DNA of 59,360 nt, the filler included, from Sphacelaria rigidula (Eukaryota), in NCBI GenBank assembly GCA_964200075.2. It is 5 parts of 5 records of this genome, joined end to end, with 100 filler letters (N's around TTAATTAATTAA, not from the genome) between each part and the next. Parts side by side here need not be neighbours in the genome. Positions count along the whole stretch, not along the records: positions 23,787 to 35,578 come from CAXNAA020004492.1; 4 more parts are not named here. One strand, written 5' to 3'. Positions 24,218 to 35,678 of the stretch are shown piece after piece (within the stretch, counting starts at the first letter, position 1; each line of letters begins with the position of its first letter). The position numbers were made by a program, and so were the translations under genes. The notes under the pieces are model-generated. The model worked only from the letters and a program-made list of their open reading frames with translations. It had not been told where the DNA came from and ran no database searches.

Positions 24218-25991
24218 CTGAGCGTTTTTTGTTCCGAATTCAGCAAAACGGAAAAATATGGGGGGGGGGGGGGGGGGGGTGTACTCAGAACCATGCATGC
24301 CATAGCCGTATGACCTTTGACCTCGCATCCCCACAAAGCCGGGACGGAGCACGCCGGGTTATCGCCGGACAAGGCGGGGGGGGAGGGGCGGGGCGAGGGA
24401 AGGGAAAAAGGAACAAACGAAACAAAAATAAGGGTGGCCCGTAGATTCTTCAGTACGGCAGGTGGTAGTATGAAAACATGTAAATCCCGTGATTGATGTA
24501 TTCACCTGGCTGTTCCCGTTCTGAACGCAATAGTTCAGAAATATACATAAAAATGATAAGAGTTATGCCTCGGTAGAGGCTGCACACTTGGGCCCAGATC
24601 TCTCAATCGAGAGGGGCTCCTAACGTCAGGAGCTGCGAAAGAACATGGATCAGGACATTCCCGTTCTAAATTCCATTCGAGATACCAGTAATCCATTGGA
24701 ATCCTGGGTGCTCTCACATATCCCGTAAATAATTTTTTTCGATGAGGCAAGGGCCCTTATATTTCAAAATCTGAGAGACGGTTTGTGCACCCTCCCCCTA
24801 CCGTGGCATGACTCGATGAAGAGGAAAAAGAACGACGACAAAACAAAAAAAAAAGGAGAAGCAACTTTTTTTTTTATCATAAGCGCAAACAGAGTTGAAG
24901 AATTGGCTGCCTGCTTTTGTTCGGGATGAGTTTTGCGTAAAAAATTTAAGTGCTAAATTTAACAGAGCACTTTTACTACTGCTCTCTATGCCACTCAAGA
25001 ATCTAGGCGACACTCCGGTAGTCAAGCCACCTCTGGCCGGTCCGGTCCGGTCCGGTCCGGGTCGCCCAACATAACGTCGAAAACTCGCCCCCGGTAGCCC
25101 ATATATATCGAGACGGTCCTAACCACGAGTGATTACCCCAGTTCGGCTCCAAGTTGTTCAAAGCTGGTATTACGGGGTTTGATTAATTTGATTGATTGAT
25201 TGTCGCACTTTAATTGACCCCCCAGGGATCCAGCCGTGGTTACATGATAGACGTACCCAAGACAAAACGAAACTGAAACACTCGCTGAAGTGAAGAAAAA
25301 AAAGAAACAGAAAAAAGATAACAGAACAACACAAGTAGACCAAGACGTGGAAAATAAAAAAATCATTGAAAAAATATATAAAAATGAGATGGCATACACC
25401 AATATTCGGATCTTTGGTGGGGCTGACAGTCGCGAGTATTCCCTCCTCGCGTGCGCATTTCGCGTTTTTTTGTGTGTGTGTGTGTCGAAATCGGGCACCA
25501 TACGTGTCGATTTCAGGTCTGATAACGCACACTTTGCCTGGAGCAACACACCCTTTCCACCCCCCCTTTGCCCCGGGGTTCTCGGTATGCCTTGGGTTAG
25601 GGTTTCGGTTAGGGCTCTATTTCCGAATTGTATCAACCATGATTTTTCGGGAGGAGAACTGGAATCGATCCCCCCCACCTTAGCCGCTCCGTCTCAAAAG
25701 GGATGCGTGGTCAATGGTCACACGACTGAGGCAAGCAACAAATGAGTACGTTCCCCCCCACCCACCCTAGCCGACCCCTTGGGGGGGCGAGTTTATTCAC
25801 TTTGAGAATTCGTTCATGCCGGTGCCAAACATTACTTGATTCTATTATAGAGTACGAATGCTGCCGGAGCAGCGAAGGCCCACAACACGCTTCGCGGGTC
25901 GAAAGGGTTGATTTCAGTAAATAAGGACTCGAGAAAACAAAAAAATGACCACCCACGGCGGGTGTCCGTCCGAAACTGTTGAATTGGAACC

Positions 25992-26024
<33 letters not shown>

Positions 26025-26032
26025 CACAGTAC

Positions 26033-26293
26033 GGGTCTTCCTACGATAGCCTCCCCCCGCCCAAACCAGCCTAAAGCTTTCTCGAAGAAAATAGTCATAT
26101 AGCACTTGATGTTTGGTTTCAGGCTGCATGAAGCGCCTCATGTGGGCGACATTTGGCGAAGAAAACGAAGCCACGTGTCGGAATTCCCAGCTGCTCGTTG
26201 TGCTCGGCTTGTTTCATTTCTATGTACGTACAGATTTTTCATCATATCCACGAACCAGCCACTTTGGGGGGGACGGCTATCGTAGAAAGCGTC
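26033..26293. mobile_element. MITE-like element (261 bp) with degenerate TIRs
   Basis: Left GGGTCTTCCTACGATAGCCTCCCCCC; right (rc) GACGCTTTCTACGATAGCCGTCCCCCC; flanks GTAC/ATAC (3/4 match). Confidence 0.65.
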
Positions 26294-28489
26294 ATACATG
26301 CACTTGATGACAAGGAAGGACCGTCAGTGAAGGGCCCATCGCTGTCCGATCTGCAGCCACTCGAAACGTTCGTGACTCGTTCAGCATGTTTCTGAGCAAA
26401 AGTAGACTCCAAGGGTGTGTTCTGTAGGGTACGGGATTTCTTGCAGTACTTACAGAGTCTGTCGGGTATGTTGCGGAGGTTGTACAGAAACCTTAGCCCC
26501 GCAACCGGGTATCCCTACAAGAGTATATCCGTGCCCCGAGTAAGAGTAAACATTTGCTGGGGAACTTACAGAACGTTCAGGTTCTGGGGTGGGAGACGTA
26601 CAGAAGTAACATAACTATAGGGTGCGAGGCGGTCTAGCCGAACCTCCGGGTAATTGGCATTCGAACCCGTTAGCGGGGAAGTGTTGAGTGAGATTTCCTC
26701 ATGCATTTAGGGAAAAAAGGATCGGGGTAAGGGTGATACCCGGAAAAACAGCCCGGATATACGAAAAATCGTGCCCTCCAGAACGCAGTCTCGATCATTT
26801 CTGCGTCGTGAGAGCATTACAAATATTGCGGTATCATTCTTCCAATACATACTCCATGAGACAGGTATTAATACTACTAACCTTTCGCATATGTTTTTCA
26901 TTTGCATGAAAAAAGTATTTTCCAAGAAAATTCTGAGGTCTGAGTATATATCATAAATAATACTCCAAGCTTTCCGCGATACCACTCTATGAGCTCAGGT
27001 TTACCTTGGCTTTTCCAAGTTACAAGTCGTCAAGTGTATTCATTAATATAGTAGAAGCACTACGTTTAACCAGGTCAAAAAAGTCTGTAACATCTAGTAC
27101 CCGAACTCGAACGCGTGAGTCCTTCGAGCAAGCGCCCAGTAAGTGAGTGAGTGACTTGTGTGATCGTCCGTTTTAATCGACATGCGATTCATCGATTTTT
27201 TCACTTTGACGAAATAAAAACGACCCAGCCTTTCAACCGCTACTTTGCAATACCTACCCAATACTCTCATATGTTCGGTTAATTCTAGTTACGAGCGAAA
27301 CCCTTAAGTATTTCATGTTTCGAATATTTAATGATAAACTTAGTAAATACCGCTATAAGCTTTTAGGTTCTATAGAAACATTAATGTTATTATAAAGCTT
27401 TTGTAGACTATGAAAAAAACATAACATCATACCGAAGAGGGTGACATAGCCGAATTCGTGTTCAAGGCTATAGTGGGTGGCGCTAAGGGCGAAAATGTAC
27501 CTCAACCAATCAACCCTCTACGAATTGTTCTGAAATCGAACATACGAATTCCAAGCCCAATTTTCACCCAATCTCCACATGCTTCAAATCCCAGTGACCG
27601 CGATCAAATCGAGAATCTGAAGGAAAATATATATATCCGAAAACGGCTACTACGGGATCGTATTATACCCGAAATCGTGGTGTTTCGGTGATGTGGTGTT
27701 TTGAGGCCGTCTAATTTCCACTCATAGTACGCACGAAAGACGCAGAGAGCCTCGTGACGGTTTCCCTCACAACTGTCGTGAAAAGCTCAGATCGCCCCCC
27801 AACTTGGCAATTCTGTAGAAAAAGTAAAAAAGTGAAAAAGGAAAAAAAAACTGGACCTTCGGAAGTTGCGTGATGACCCACAGCAAAACTGTGCAAAATT
27901 TCAGGGTCTAACGCCTGATAATGGCGTGAAGCTATGCGCATGAGTATTTTTAGATTGATAAGCGTGAGCCAGCCTGTAATGAGAGGCGAGACGTATCTAG
28001 TATTTTTTCATTTTCATCTTATCAGCCGCTGCAGCAAAAAATGGCAATGGCGATTACTTCCAGTGTCCAAGTTCAAGCCTCTGAGACCCAGAGCTATGTC
28101 GAAGAAATAACGCCTGTTCAACGGTTTGGAGTGACCTCGCATCATGGTTACCGCAAAAAAACGCAAGTGCGCAATAAAAAATCGATAACCTGTTTACCTA
28201 GCTTACGTACGGAGTGACGTGCTTTTACAGCGTCGTTGCCAACCGATACCAACCGCACAGGGGGTTCGTCCCTACAAAGCCGGGACGGAGCGCGCCGGCG
28301 TGTCGCCGGACCAGGCTAACCAAGGGGGAGATGGGTCCATCTGCTTTGAGATCATACATGCGAACGGACTCAACTCGTCCCGAAGAAGAGAAGAGCTCGA
28401 CAGCGTTGCTCTCGCTCTCACGAAGACAAAACAAGTTGTGGAGCAAGACATCATGGACATAAAGTACAAAAACGAAAGAAAGAGCGCAC

Positions 28490-28656
28490 CTGTCACTGGG
28501 GTAGAACGATTCCGTGACCGCTCGAATCAAACCACCTTTCAGTACCCTGAAGTGGGTCTGGACCGGTCCCCGCTTTCCCCACTGCGACGAAAACGCCTCT
28601 ACTATGGACAGGGTCTTGTCGTCCGCCGAGCTTTCGACGTAAAAGTCCACGGCGAG
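28490..28656 (-). CDS. Exon, GT-A/GT2-like glycosyltransferase
   Basis: AAAG|LAVDFYVESSADDKTLSIVEAFSSQWGKRGPVQTHFRVLKGGLIRAVTESFYPSD(R)|GTGCGC, phase 0-2. Confidence 0.88.
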
Positions 28657-29468
28657 CTTTTTTTTTGGGGGGGGTGGGGGGCGGGCGGAGGGTTTGAGTG
28701 AAACATTGATCAGCGAGACGGGAAACAAAAAGTGAAAGATAAAACATCGCTATATGGCTAAGTCAAGGTCTAGTCGTCTGCCCAGCTGTTTACGCGCGCA
28801 CAAGAAAAATAAAAGTTCATTTCAAGCGCTACCTTTACACTTGCTGTCAAGTATTTCAAGAACATACGTCAAGAACATGAGTCAATCAGAACGTCAGCAG
28901 ATGAGGTAAATAACAGAGGACAAGTTTTTTCGGCCGTTGGTGTGTGCCAATATTTCCAGACGTGAAGAGAAAGAACCATCTGCGGGGGGCTAGCAAGCTG
29001 CGTTTTAATTATTTTCAATTTTGTGAAATTCAGGAAGACACCAACGGAAAAAAAAAACCAGTGAGAATGAAAATGAACTGAAAATGTCTGTTATTACTGT
29101 GTCCATGATCGGGCAAGACACGAAGACAAGAGCAAAAAAACGAGAGTCCATTGGCCGTCGCATGGCTGTAGGCAACGAAGGCATATCAATACGAGAAAAA
29201 AAAAATACAGACACGCGTCAGACAGATCATGATCCGTTTAAACAACACTTTCTCTCAGTATACTGATCGGGATCATGATCCGGATCATTTGGCCCCCCTT
29301 TTCCATGATTGCTCCCTATACCGCGGTAACATATTTTGGTTTTTTTCACCAACAGATCCGAGAGTCTTATTCTTTGCTTACATTAGTTATTTCAGACAGA
29401 TAATAATTTGTCCGACGCGTGGAACAAAAATACAAACAACTGTAACGACCGATTAATGTATGATACGG

Positions 29469-29501
<33 letters not shown>

Positions 29502-29609
29502 CGGATGTATACTGTGTATAGTGTATAGTAGTCAGCATTAGAAGTCTTCAGAATTCGTACGAAGTTGTTACAGTTTTCGAGTTTTTCACGGGTACTATTT
29601 TTCATTACT

Positions 29610-30265
29610 ACTTGAAAGTGCTAGCGCCGGGAGATTTAGGGGGAAAGCGTAGGCCGCGCTCAGACTGCAGTGCCCAAGTTGGTGTTTTTTGGGACGATAC
29701 GGACTAGATACCCCCGTTTATCAGGAGGGTGTTATTGACCGTTTTTAGTGCAATAGAAACAGTTTTCCGGCTCTTCCGCAACGAAACGGTAAATATTCAG
29801 ATACATGAATACGTGTACATTTTTTCACGATAACGATCGAGATCGTGTTTCCCTCCTATACTGCACCGGCCTCAGTCTAGCACTTTCTGCGGATGACCTC
29901 TTTTCGTCTTGTTTTCGCATAACACTTTCCATGAGCACTCGAAAGTGCTAGCGTCGATAGTTCCGGCAAAATAAGCAGACCGTGCTCATATCACAATGAT
30001 CAAGTTGATGTTGTGGGGGCGATACGGAGTAAAGACCCCGTTTATCAGGAGGGTGTTATCGACCGTGAATGGTCCAAGAAACATAGTTTTACGGCGCTAA
30101 CGCAGTGAATAGGCGAAATTTCAAAAAAGCAATCCTCCTCGAGTCCTCACTTATATGATCGGGATCGAGTCAGTCCACCGAAAAAAACGAAAAGCTAGAA
30201 CCTGGGTTTGCACTTTCGCAGGACCCCCGAAGATCCGTCAAGCCCGTAAGTTACTCAATATTGAT
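29610..30265 (+). repeat. Two diverged tandem ~325-bp units, same family as 9750-10078
   Basis: GAAAGTGCTAGCG and CCCCGTTTATCAGGAGGGTGTTAT recur ~325 bp apart. Confidence 0.75.
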
Positions 30266-30775
30266 CGCAGATACTTCTTTCAATATTGATCAAGAGGATT
30301 AAAATATCTCCAGATGCCCATTCTTGTGGCATCCAACAGTCACTGTGATGAGCGATGGAAAGCGAAACAAATTTGGAAAATCTTTGGGAAACTAAGAAAT
30401 CACGAATTCTGCGTACTTCTGACGCTGACTACTGTATACCACACACATAGAATAATATAGAGAGTTTCGGTGAACAAAATTTTGGGGCAAAAACTCGGGG
30501 ATAATTAGCGTCTTCTTACTAAAATCCAATCAAACGATAATTATCCCTGAGTTTTTCGGGCCTGTTCACGCTTAAACCCCAGGTTTGTTTTTAGTTTTTT
30601 TCACCACGCAGGTGTGGACCGTGGCCAACTTTTCAGGGTTTAGGCTTTTCTGTTCCGAATGCCACGTGGTCGGTGTCATGAGTTGAAAAGGTATAAGTCG
30701 CGCCGTGCTTTTCTGCCCTTGTACTCTGCACCTACCCATGCGGTGTTACTCGTGCAGCGCGGGAGAGCAAGTACA

Positions 30776-31022
30776 GAGCCGTGCTACGATAGATTGGGTG
30801 TTTGATTCCAGGAACAAAAGACTCACAGATGTTCCGGACAACCTGACACACTCACCCTGCGCTTGTATTTGGGTAAAACAGCCTCAAGCAGTACTGTATG
30901 GATTAGCGTTCTTTATCGGTAACACGCGCGTTCTGGAGATCGTTGCTCCTAAAATCGATTCGAAGTTGAATTTAGTGCAAGCAACGGCCCAAAATACCCC
31001 TCCTCTTATCCTAGCATCACTT
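30776..31022. mobile_element. MITE (247 bp), 4-bp TSD TACA, same family as 4975-5225 in opposite orientation
   Basis: Starts GAGCCGTGCTACGATAG, ends CCAAAATACCCCTCC…ATCCTAGCATCACTT; TACA at 30772-30775 and 31023-31026. Confidence 0.85.
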
Positions 31023-31069
31023 TACATGTTTGTGCTGTCCTCGTACCGTTCAATACGCGACAGCAGTAT

Positions 31070-31291
31070 ATTCGACTTGACGGTCGACGAAGGGAAGGGA
31101 CTGCTGAACCCCTCTCGCGATAAAGTAAAAAGGCAAGCACCGCAGAAGAAAGGTGGAGTACTGAAAAAACAAACACAAGAGGAAAAAACTTCTTGTGTTG
31201 ACCTTCCTCCTGTGTGACCCCGACTGGTGCGCCCACATCTACCGAAAGGTGTAGACCGGCGTCCAGAATAGTGGGACGACAACTCACACAC
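31070..31291 (+). mobile_element. 5'-truncated copy of tRNA-derived SINE
   Basis: Matches the 3' two-thirds of 39276-39637 and ends GGGACGACAACTCACACAC. Confidence 0.85.
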
Positions 31292-31640
31292 GTAGTATCT
31301 TAAACACAGCCTCCGGGTACGAACCCGGCACAGTAGACAACGTTTGGCACACAGGCCGTGCACCTCGGCGCCCGCTTGTCTTTCATAAGTGCTGCACATG
31401 TCGGTGTGTGGTACAGCACTATTACGTTGAGACCGTTGAGGGTTGTACTACTGTACGGTTGCACTGCCTGTAGACAGTTTTGTATACTTTCTGTAGGAAG
31501 TATTCTGTACTGTACTACCGTCTGTAGTACTGTACTACCGTCTGTAGTACAAGTGTGCACATGCCTATGCGTTTGCATACTTTGAGAACGTACAGTCGTT
31601 CTCGATAAAGGTTCACCATACGCAGTAATCCTAGCTGCGT

Positions 31641-31904
31641 GAAGGCGAGAGTAGGAACAGAGACACCTGTCGACCTGGCTTTAAGATGATGTGGAAGGGC
31701 TGAAGTGGGCCACTCATGCAGCTGCGACGAGGATCTCGACAAAATGGCCACCCAACGGTGGTGTACCTGCGCGAGCTAACGCAAGCTTCACGTTGGGTTT
31801 GCCATTTTGTTAAGTCCTCATAGCAGCTGCTTGAGCGGCCGACTCCCGCCCTTTCGCATCATCATAAGCCAGGTCGACTGGTGTCGGCTCCCCCGTTCGC
31901 CTCC
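31641..31904. repeat. Long imperfect inverted repeat (~115-bp arms, 33-nt loop) in glycosyltransferase intron
   Basis: 31641-31757 aligns with the reverse complement of 31791-31904, e.g. GACACCTGTCGACCTGGCTT vs AAGCCAGGTCGACTGGTGTC. Confidence 0.9.
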
Positions 31905-32403
31905 AAGTGTTCCTCCTAGTCTTGGGTCACCCTCGTGAACGAGCTGCCATCACCAGCGCTGTCGCGGGCGTTCGCGGCATCCGCCATCGCTTCCCTTATG
32001 ATATTTGTCCTACGGCTGTGTTCTGTAACCTTGGTCGTTATGGGGCAGGGTGTCTAGTTCCGTTTCATAACCCGGAGTTTGGCACCAACGCTTTGGGGTG
32101 TCTGGCAACTAGCAACTCACGGTTTATTTGAAGAATTGAAAATTAATCCCGAGTTGCTGCGCATGTCTCTTCTCAGGGTTCAGTTTTCGGGGTTTAACTA
32201 GGGGAATTCGTCGCACCCTGGCCTTAAATCCCAACTCCTAAACCCTAACCTGTCTTAACCCTGAGTTTTTCCGGCCGGTTTGGTGTTTCCGAAACTGTCT
32301 AATATCAAAACCCATTGGTTGGGGAGGGCGGACTTGACCTAAACGTGGTGATATTCGAATCCTGGCACTACAGAACCCTTTCCACAACGAACCGATGCCT
32401 CAC

Positions 32404-32595
32404 CTCGTCGCCGAATAGCCTCGACCGCAGCAGCGATGTCAAGAGCCTTTGCAAGGACTCAGGGCGGTCATTGGTGATCACGGATACGGAGAACCTCGGG
32501 CGTGCCCAGCTGGCAAGCGCTTCTGGGGCCAGTGTGGCGACCCACGTCGCGTGTACTGCGTCTTCGACCGGCATGCGGATGTAAGAGGTCGGGGC
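32404..32595 (-). CDS. Exon, GT-A/GT2-like glycosyltransferase
   Basis: GGCAG|APTSYIRMPVEDAVHATWVATLAPEALASWARPRFSVSVITNDRPESLQRLLTSLLRSRLFGDE|GTGAGG, phase 0-0; GT-A N-terminal V.T..R…L.RLL.SL motif. Confidence 0.88.
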
Positions 32596-33929
32596 CTGCC
32601 AAGAAAGATACGTTCCGCGCGTTCCGGGTGTGGCGGGATGCATATGGCGTTGATTCATGCAGGGGAGCAGCAGGGAGAAGGACAGGAGACGAGAGAGGAG
32701 AGAACTTACGAGCGAGCGAGCTCGAGAGTACTTATGATCTTGCATGCGATAGTGGAGAGGAGAGGGGGGGGTGGGGGGAGTACTCATGATATTGTATGCA
32801 GTAGCCATAAATCGCAAAAGTCGGACGCAGCACGACGGAATTTCGCCGGACCACGCCCGCAATCACCAAGCGCGAAACGTCATGATGTGTTCGGCGAGTC
32901 GGATGGAGGGGGAGCTGCATCCTGCTAAGGTGGTTCCACACGAAGCGTAATGATTTTGTTGCCTATGGATGACAGCCTCCAATGAGTTCCTTCATTTCCT
33001 GGCATCGTCACTTCCAGAGACAGCCACGGGTTACACACTGCCTCATGGGTGTTGTACCCCGTAAGCAACATGTATTACGATCACCCCTTTTGCACAATAG
33101 TATTATGTGACTCGACCGTCATCATGGATACCGAAAAAAACAAAAAAATATGGGCGGAGGCGAGGCGGCGGATGTTTTACTGTATACTTGACACCTTTAC
33201 TCAATTTACAGTAGTCACAAGGCGAATATTAACCGGTGAGTTTCATCTTCGGGTTACGACTAAAAAGCTTTGTTGGGAGGAAGGCATATGATGTAAGGGA
33301 TACAAATCGTGCGGAAGCGGGTCCATGTACGTATGTGTCGATTTGATGCGGTGAAGCTCATAGCGCCATGTATATATACAAAAAAAAATATATATATATA
33401 TATGTATATATTACTTCTTCAAGTTAGCATAATCGTCTGCGGCATGTCTTCATCATGAACCCAACCATAGCATCGTCATCACCCCTGTCAGGGGGATAGG
33501 ATCTGCACCCCATGGCTCGCCTAACGTACGGAATGGGGGAAGCGACTATGAGTTTTGAGCGTGGTCTTATAAAGAGGTTGCAGTCCTTTGGTAGAAGGCT
33601 AATAGTGCCAAGTACAAAGCTGCTGAATACGATGTCATCCACTGGACCTGTGCTTTTTGTCACAGGGGAAAAGGAGACGAGCGCTGCAGCCACATTGTTT
33701 AGACATTGCAGATGAATAGTAATGCATCAGTAACTAGTTTCAGGTTTCACGCTGCTCAGTAGACTCGTTTCAGCTGCCCTGCATGATTGTAGGCTATGTG
33801 ACTTCATCACGAAATTGATTACAGATTTCAAAATAAACGTTGCCACCCGTGCATTATTTCTTAATTCGCAATAAAGCACAGGCCAGTATTTAGTTCAATA
33901 GTTAAGAACACAGCGCACTGGTTGCCCTT

Positions 33930-34240
33930 CCTTTTTTTGTCGCACTTTGAGCACCTCCCCTTCCTCGGGATAAGTCCGTGGTCTCAAGGGATTCACCCTT
34001 CTCTCCCCCGGTACACGCCTTGCATTTTGGTCTCGCGGATTGGGTCATGACTATCAGTACTCACGCACCGCGTCAACTCACGTCAAATAAACTCAGTCGA
34101 CTACTTTGTTTACTCACGTTCTCACGCTTTCCATGGTGGAAATAAGACATTACGAAAGGAAACCCAACGCAACGGGAATCGAACCCTTGTTCTCTTCACC
34201 CTAAAGGCGACAGTCGGACCATTACATCACCGGGGCGTGG
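33930..34240 (-). mobile_element. Second tRNA-headed SINE-like element (3' extent approximate)
   Basis: rc head CGCCCCGGTGATGTAATGGTCC…GGGTTCGATTCCC has A and B boxes; the 3' region ends AAAGTGCGACAA, like the repeats at 20.6 and 25.2 kb. Confidence 0.5.
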
Positions 34241-34785
34241 CGGCACTACATACACATATAACTGTTGCCATGTGTTGTTTTCTCCCACAAATACAAACTG
34301 CTTCGTCTCGAAAGGGATGCGTGGTCAATGGTCAAACGACTATGGCAAGCAACAAATGAGTACGCCTCCCCTACAAACAGCAAACACTACTGTGACTTGT
34401 TCACCAACCTCTCCCCCGCGAGATCGTAATTTGGATCATGAGCCTAAATAGTTGATTTGGATAATGACCCCCACTTCGTTCCATTACCGCTCTCATACTC
34501 AACCCTGCATTCCGTAAGTTGGGTATGAATGCGTGTGCTTTTGCGCAATATCTTCTTCACTTGAAGTCATGTTGCAGAGGGCGGCCATTTCTATTCCATA
34601 TTTCTTGTTTTTGTTTTTGTTTAATTTCGATCTACTGCTTGTGTCTGTTCCACCTCTTTGTTTCCTCCACTTCTCTCGACCGACTGCATATGGTTGTCTT
34701 CATCTCGGATACGTCTATTCTGTGTTCACGGCTGGATCTCTGGGGGATTCATATATGTGCAACAATCAAGGCCGATAAATAAAAA

Positions 34786-35150
34786 CCGGTCGCCCCAGTG
34801 ACTCAGTTGGTGACCTCGGAATCTTCCGACGGGTGGGTCGTGGGTCCGAATCTCGGAGCGATCTGGGATTTTTTCTCACACAAAGTCCTATAGTGGAGAG
34901 CGACTGTGTCGTGGGTACACAAAATTGGACTCAATGGTCACTGGTCGACGAGGGAAAGGGACTGCTAAACCCCCCTCGCGATAAAAAATAAAAAGCAAGC
35001 ACCGCAGAAGGCAGGTGGAGAACTAAAACAAACCAAAAAGGAAAAATTCCCGTGTTACCCTTCCTCCTGTGCGGCCCCCAGCTGGTGCGCCGGCATATAC
35101 CGAACGGCGTAGACCGGCGTCCAGAATAGATGGGACGACAACACACACAC
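34786..35150 (+). mobile_element. tRNA-derived SINE, full length
   Basis: CCGGTCGCCCCAGTGACTCAGTTGG…GGTCCGAATCT head, conserved body, (CA)n tail. Confidence 0.88.
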
Positions 35151-35578
35151 CTCAATAAGAAGAGGGGAGTGCTTGGTTTGACACCAAAAAAGCACGGAAA
35201 TACGCCCCATATATGTTCCACACCCGAAGCGTTTCAAAAGCGGTATGGGTAGGAACCCTGCGAGGGCACATCAGATAGAGTATACCCGATATTGTTGTAT
35301 TTTGAAGAGTGGAGATCCGACCCATGTCCGTAGCAGCAGCCAGCCCAGTGCTGTTCTTTCCCTCTCTAAAGCACATACAAGTAAGTCGTTATCACTGACT
35401 GAGGCAGATGATGTGCGACTTTTCAACATATCATATTATCGGGTATAGATATGCCCGACCCGACAGGCCCTTCAAACCCTATATGATAGTTAAAAGGGTA
35501 CAAGGGTCGGACAAATATTGATTCATCTGAAAATTACTTGGTTTTAGTATAATGAGTCGACTCGTGACGAATCAATCC

Positions 35579-35678
35579 NNNNNNNNNNNNNNNNNNNNNN
35601 NNNNNNNNNNNNNNNNNNNNNNTTAATTAATTAANNNNNNNNNNNNNNNNNNNNNNNNNNNNNNNNNNNNNNNNNNNN
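35579..35678. other. Artificial contig spacer
   Basis: N44-TTAATTAATTAA-N44. Confidence 0.98.
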
